Assembly: GCF_006345805.1 (NCBI RefSeq)
Contig: NW_021835962.1
Span: 140,433 to 204,432 of the forward strand
Origin: Octopus sinensis
Lineage: Eukaryota
DNA: 64,000 nucleotides
Direction of reading: 5' to 3'
Shown here: piece after piece, positions 58,842-64,000 of the stretch
Layout: every line of letters begins with the position of its first letter
How positions within the stretch are numbered: the first letter of the stretch is position 1
Translations under genes and position numbers: made by a program
Notes under the pieces: generated by a model
The model's input: only the letters and a program-made list of their open reading frames with translations
Database searches by the model: none
Told to the model about the DNA's origin: nothing

Positions 58842-60437
58842 CATATCATGTGAGTCGAGGACTTTTCTTGTTTGTTTCTTTTACAAAAACGCAGAAATAA
58901 TTTTTTTAATTTTTTAGCTTGAGGTTTTGGGGGACCACTCATTGAGTCGAGGACTTTCTTGTGTGTTCATTTTAACAAAAAACGCAGAAAATACTTTTTT
59001 TAATTTTTTAGCTTACTGTTTTGGGGGACCACATCATGTGAGTCGAGGACTTTCTTGTTGTTCACTAATTTACAGCAAAACCGCAGAAAATAATTTTTTT
59101 AATTTTTTAGCTTGAAGGTTTGGGGACCACATCATGTGAGTCGAGGACTTTTCTTGTTGTTCATTTAACAAACGCAGATATTTTTTCATTTTTTACCTTG
59201 AAGGTTTTGGGGACCACATCAGTGAGTCGAGGACTTTCTTGTTGTTCATTTTTAACAAAAAACGCAGAAAATAATTTTTTGTTTAATTTTGGCTTGAAGG
59301 TTTTGGGGGGACCCATCATGTGAGTCGAGGACTTTCTTGTTGTTTATTTTAACAAAAACGCAGAAATATTTTTTTCAATTTTTTTGGCTTGAAGGTTTTG
59401 GGGACCACATCATGTGATCGAGGGGACTTTCTTGATGTTCATTTAACAAAACGCAGAAAATTTTTTTTTTAATTTTTGGGCTTGAAGGTTTTGGGGGACC
59501 ACATCATGTGAGTCGAGGACTTTCTTGTTGTGTTATTTTAACAAAAACGCAGAAAATATTTTTTTAATTTTTGGCTTGAAGGTTTTGGGGGAACCACATC
59601 ATGTGGAGTCGAGACTTTCTTGTTGTTCATTTTAACAAAAACGCAGAAAATAATTTTTTTTAATTTTTTGGCTTGAAGTTTTTGGGGGACCACATCATGT
59701 GAGTCGAGGACTTTCTGTTGTTATTTTTAACACACACCACAGAAAATAATTTTTTTTAATTTTTTAGCTTGAAGGTTTTGGGGGACCACATCAGTGAGTC
59801 GAGGACTTTCTTGTTGTCATTTTACAAAAACGAGAAAATAATTTTTTTAATTTTTGGCTTGAAGGTTTTGGGACCACATCATGTGAGTCGAGGACTGTCT
59901 TGTTGTTTCATGTTTAACAAAAACGCAGAAAAATATTTTTTTTAATTTGGGCTTGAAGGTTTTGGGGACCACAATCAAATGTGAGTCGAGGACTTTCTTG
60001 TTGTTCATTTAACAAAACCGCCAGAAAATAATTTTGTTTAAATTTTTTGGCTGGAATTTTTGAGAGGACCACATCATGTGAGTCGAGGACTTTCTTTTTG
60101 TTCATTTTAAAACAAAAACGCAGAAAATAATTTTTTTTAATTTTTTAGCTTGAAGGTTTTGGGGGACCACATCATGTGAGTCGAGGATTTCTTGTTGTTC
60201 ATTTAACAAAAACGCAGAAAATAATTTTTTTTAATTTTGTTGGCTTGAAGGTTTTTGAGGACCACATCATGTGAGTCAGGAACTTTCTTGTTGTTCATTT
60301 TATTACAAAACGCAGAAAATAATTTTTTAATTTTTTACTTGAAGGTTTTGGGGGACCACATCATGTGATTCCGAGAACTTTCTTGTTGTTCATTTAAACA
60401 AAAATCGCAGAAAATTGACTTGAAGGTTTTGGGGACC
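58842..60437. repeat. 95/96-bp satellite, array C (~17 noisy monomers)
   Basis: Same monomer with many indels. Confidence 0.95.
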
Positions 60438-60648
60438 TTTCATCGAGGATATTCTTTCTTATTAAAATTTTTGACAGGAATGTTCTTAGATATACAATCA
60501 AACCTTTTAGTGTTCCTCATTATATAATAACCCAAAGGGAAGGTTTTTGGACAATTGATCTGTTTTGATAACAATTTGAATGTGGGTGTGCACATAAGAC
60601 AGAACACAACAGACGACAGCATACCACCATAAATTTTCATTATTAAGA
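60438..60648 (-). other. Unique ~210-bp segment, candidate Helitron 5' end
   Basis: The minus strand starts TCTTAATAATGAAAAT followed by a GT/CT-rich low-complexity run, and grades into a degenerate satellite monomer at ~60480-60438. Confidence 0.55.
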
Positions 60649-60779
60649 CTAGCTCAGCAGTTCGCTTCGCTCACTGCGAGCTAGCTCCTGCGGAGGCCCT
60701 GCTCGCTACGCTCGCAGTTTCCTTAAATAACTATAATTTATGTAGATATATAAATGCGACCTGCTTTGATATAACCTTA

Positions 60780-61570
60780 TTCTAAGGCCTGTGGATAAAC
60801 GATGTTTGCAGTCCGTCCATCCTTGGCAAATATAAATAAATTTCTCTTCTACCTACCCTGAGCACCCCACATACAGCTGGCCATGTGAAAAGCACTCGTT
60901 CTCTAAAATAAGCCTACTACCTTTAAAGACTGTCCCTGGGCCTTGTTTATTGTCATAGCAAAACTTATCTTCAGCGGAAATTGTAGTCTCTTAAATCTAT
61001 CGCAGGCCCTTTCATGGTCCATAATAACGTCGACCGATTTTATATATTCTTCTCTGCCAGGGATTTTCATTAATAAATCTAAATTTATATTAAGTACCTC
61101 ATCATTAAGTGGAGCTAATATAGCTCGTTCACGCAGCCAGTCGAAATTCACGTAGTGTTCAGATAGTTCGGAATAGACGGCATTCAATAATTCTTCTGCT
61201 GTTTCTACGAAAATACATAATTCTTCCGGTAGCCTAATTTTCTGGTCGTGCATTTCTGAATGATTGCCCCATTTCCAATATCTAGAAGGATTTGTGGGAA
61301 TATGCTATTAACGCCTTGTAAATGTGCATGTACATTTACATCTAAGCTTACCTTTTTCACGTGTGTCCACAAATATGACGATTTGAGGCAGGCATTCAAT
61401 TCATCCGCAGGCGTCCCTCTTTGAATAATTGGCAGCGTCTGTCTAAAATCACCTGCCAATACAACTAATGCTCCCCCAAACAAATGGTCGCTACAATTCT
61501 TGATATCTCTATATGTTCGGTCAACTGCTTGAATGCGCCTTTATGAGCCATCGTACATTCATCCCAAACA
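60780..61570 (-). pseudogene. Second copy of the PIF1 helicase remnant
   Basis: Same motifs as 27907-28700, split by indels. Confidence 0.9.
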
Positions 61571-62294
61571 ATTAACCTAGAATGCATAATTCTATTACCC
61601 GTAGTTGAGTCTAACAGCAGTCCTGACCTTGTTCAGCTGTTGTCTAAGTTCCCTCACCATTTAAGCACATCTTCCCTCGTTTCTCTTTTTTTGTTATATG
61701 GTTCATATTCTCTTGTTTGTTAACATTCTCAGATCTCTCTTTATAGGACATTCTTATGATTTTGTAAACGCGAATCAGTAATTTATATTAAATTTTCTAC
61801 GTAAATTTATTTAGTGAAATTTATGTAAAGTGTATTATCCAATCAAAGCCATTATACTTAATTGCCTCTATGTTTAAAGGAATTGAAACTTTAGCATAAT
61901 CGAACTTGTCTGTTTTCGGTAAAGAAAATGATAATCAGCTTCATCTTTGTAGTATTATAAGGAAAAAAATTAAAGCCTGTTAAATCAAGGAGATTTAAAT
62001 ATAGGCAAATTGAAATTTACATGACTAATTTAAATTTTTTGCCTCTATCTTTTAAGAAATCTAAACAGTAGCATAATCGAATTTGTCAGTTTCGGCAGTT
62101 AAAAAGAATCAATTATGTAAATCTCTAATAATTTTTGCTTTTTCCTTTTTAGTGGTTTTCAAAATCTGATAATTGCACAGTCTATTCATGTCGATAACAA
62201 TTAGAGCTTTTATTTTATTTTTTAAAACGAAAATTTAACAAAAAGAATTTATGTCATCGAAAAAAGATAGCTAAGCTAATTAATGGCCTCACGA

Positions 62295-64000
62295 GGCTTG
62301 AAGGTTGTGGAGGACCTCATCATGTGAGTCGAGGACTTTCTTGTCGTTCATTTTAACAAAACGCAGAAAATATTTTTTTTTAATTTTTGGGCTTGAAGGT
62401 TTTGGGGGACCACATCATGTGAGTCGAGGACTTTCTTGTTGTTTCATTTAACAAAAACGCAGAAATAATTTTTTTAAATTTTTTGGCTTGAAGGTTTTGA
62501 GGGACCACATCATGTGAGTCGAGGACTTTCTTGTTGTTCATTTTAACAAAAACGAAAAATAATTTTTTTTAATTTTTTGGCTTGAAGGTTTTGAGGGACC
62601 ACATCATGTGAGTCGAGGACTTTCTTGTTGTTCATTTTAACAAAACGCAGAAAATAATTTTTTTTAATTTTTTGGCTTGAAGGTTTTGGGGGACCACATC
62701 ATGTGAGTCGAGGACTTTCTTGTTGTTTTTTTAACAAAAACGCAGAAAAATAATTTTTTTTAATTTTTTGGCTGAAAGTTTTGGGGACCACATCATGTGA
62801 GTCGAGGACTTTCTTGTTGTTCATTTTAACAAAAACGCAGAAAATAAATTTTTTTAATTTTTACCTTGAAGGTTTTGGGGGACCACATCATGTGAGTCGA
62901 GGACTTTCTTGTGTTCATTTTAACAAAAACGCAGAAAATAATTTTTTTAATTTTTTAGCTTGAAGGTTTTGGGGGACCACATCATGTGAGTCGAGGACTT
63001 TCTTGTTGTTCATTTTAACAAAAACGCAGAAAATAATTTTTTTTAATTTTTTTGGCTTGAAGGTTTTGGGGGGACCACACACATCATGTGAGTCGAGGAC
63101 TTTCTTTTGTTCATTTTAACAAAAACGCAGAAAATAATTTTTTTTATTTTTTTGGCTTGAAGGTTTTGGGGGACCACATCATGTGAGTCGAGGACTTTCT
63201 TGTTGTTCATTTTAACAAAAACGCAGAAAATAATTTTTTTAATTTTTAGCTTGAAGGTTTTGGGGGACCACATCATGTGAGTCGAGGACTTTCTTGTTGT
63301 TCATTTTAACAAAAACGCAGAAATAATTTTTTTAATTTTTTGGCTTGAAGGTTTTGGGGGACCACATCATGTGGAGTCGAGGACTTTCTTGTGTTCATTT
63401 AACAAAAACGCAGAAAATAATTTTTTTTAATTTTTTGGGCTTGAAGGTTTTGGGGACCACATCATGTGAGTCGAGGACTTTTTTTGTTGTTCATTTTACA
63501 AAAACGCAGAAAATAATTTTTTTTAATTTTTTGCTGAGAAGGTTTTTGGGGGACCACCATCATTGAGTCGAGGACTTTCTTGTTGTTCATTTTAACAAAA
63601 CGCAGAAAATAATTTTTTTTAATTTTTTTTTGGCTTGAAGTTTTGGGGGACCACATCATGTGAGTCGAGGCTTTTCTTGTTGTTCATTTAAACAAAACGC
63701 AGAAAATAATTTTTTTTAATTTTTGGCTTGAAGTTTTTGGGGGACCACATCATGTGAGTCGAGGACTTTCTTGTTGTTTCATTTTAAACAAACGCAGAAA
63801 GAATTTTTTGTTAATTTTTTTGGGCTGGAAGGTTGTTTGGGGGACCACATCATGTGAGTCGAGGACTTTCTTGTTGTTCATTTTAAACAAACGCAGAAAA
63901 TAATTTTTTTTATTTTTTGCTTGAAGGTTTTGGGGGACCACATCATGTGAGTCGAGGACTTTCTTGTGGTTCATTTTAACAAAAACGCAGAAAAAGCATT
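62295..64000. repeat. 95/96-bp satellite, array D (~18 monomers, truncated by the window)
   Basis: Starts with the same ordered variant monomers as array A. Confidence 0.97.

Larger units (their letters stand above)
27773..60648 (-). mobile_element. Putative non-autonomous Helitron copy 1 (~32.9 kb) containing the expanded central tandem array
   Basis: 3' end: GC-rich hairpins + CTAG followed by T at 27773 (minus strand). PIF1 remnant. Candidate 5' end TCTTAATAATG at 60648 directly abutting the CTAG of copy 2. The 5' assignment is inferred. Confidence 0.6.
60649..64000 (-). mobile_element. Helitron copy 2, 3' part (runs off the window end)
   Basis: 60649-62294 is nearly identical to 27773-29424, with differences mostly 1-bp indels. 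Homology stops exactly at A|CTAG on the left and continues into the satellite on the right. Confidence 0.85.

Noticed and set aside
29425-64000. CRISPR array
   Set aside because: Monomers are contiguous and near-identical with no unique spacers; there are no cas genes and the context is eukaryotic.

Overview
AT-rich eukaryotic DNA made almost entirely of repeats and transposons; no intact host gene, rRNA, tRNA or CRISPR array is recognisable. Bases 1-27.7 kb are a transposon graveyard: Ginger/TDD, Tigger/pogo, three hAT derivatives, a Tc1-like fragment, several non-LTR RT/REL fragments, and one intact 978-aa CRE-clade retrotransposon ORF with an N-terminal PHD finger. Predicted 23-26 nt GT-AG introns in the transposase genes, together with this TE repertoire, suggest a large-genome microsporidian or similar reduced parasite (inference). 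From 27,773 to the end the structure reads as a minus-strand non-autonomous Helitron: a 5' TC end with ~210 bp unique sequence, a central ~95/96-bp tandem repeat expanded to ~25 kb, ~1.65 kb carrying a PIF1 helicase remnant, and a hairpin/CTAG 3' end. It is joined head-to-tail to a second copy starting at 60,649. The satellite is interrupted twice by the same I/Jockey-group APE-LINE, at different positions of the monomer. This Helitron-borne satellite plus resident LINE is the best candidate for an undescribed system, possibly a centromere-like domain. Caveat: the sequence has many 1-bp homopolymer indels and becomes visibly noisier at ~49-55 kb, 58.8-60.4 kb and 62-64 kb, so frameshifts and exact junctions there need read-level confirmation.
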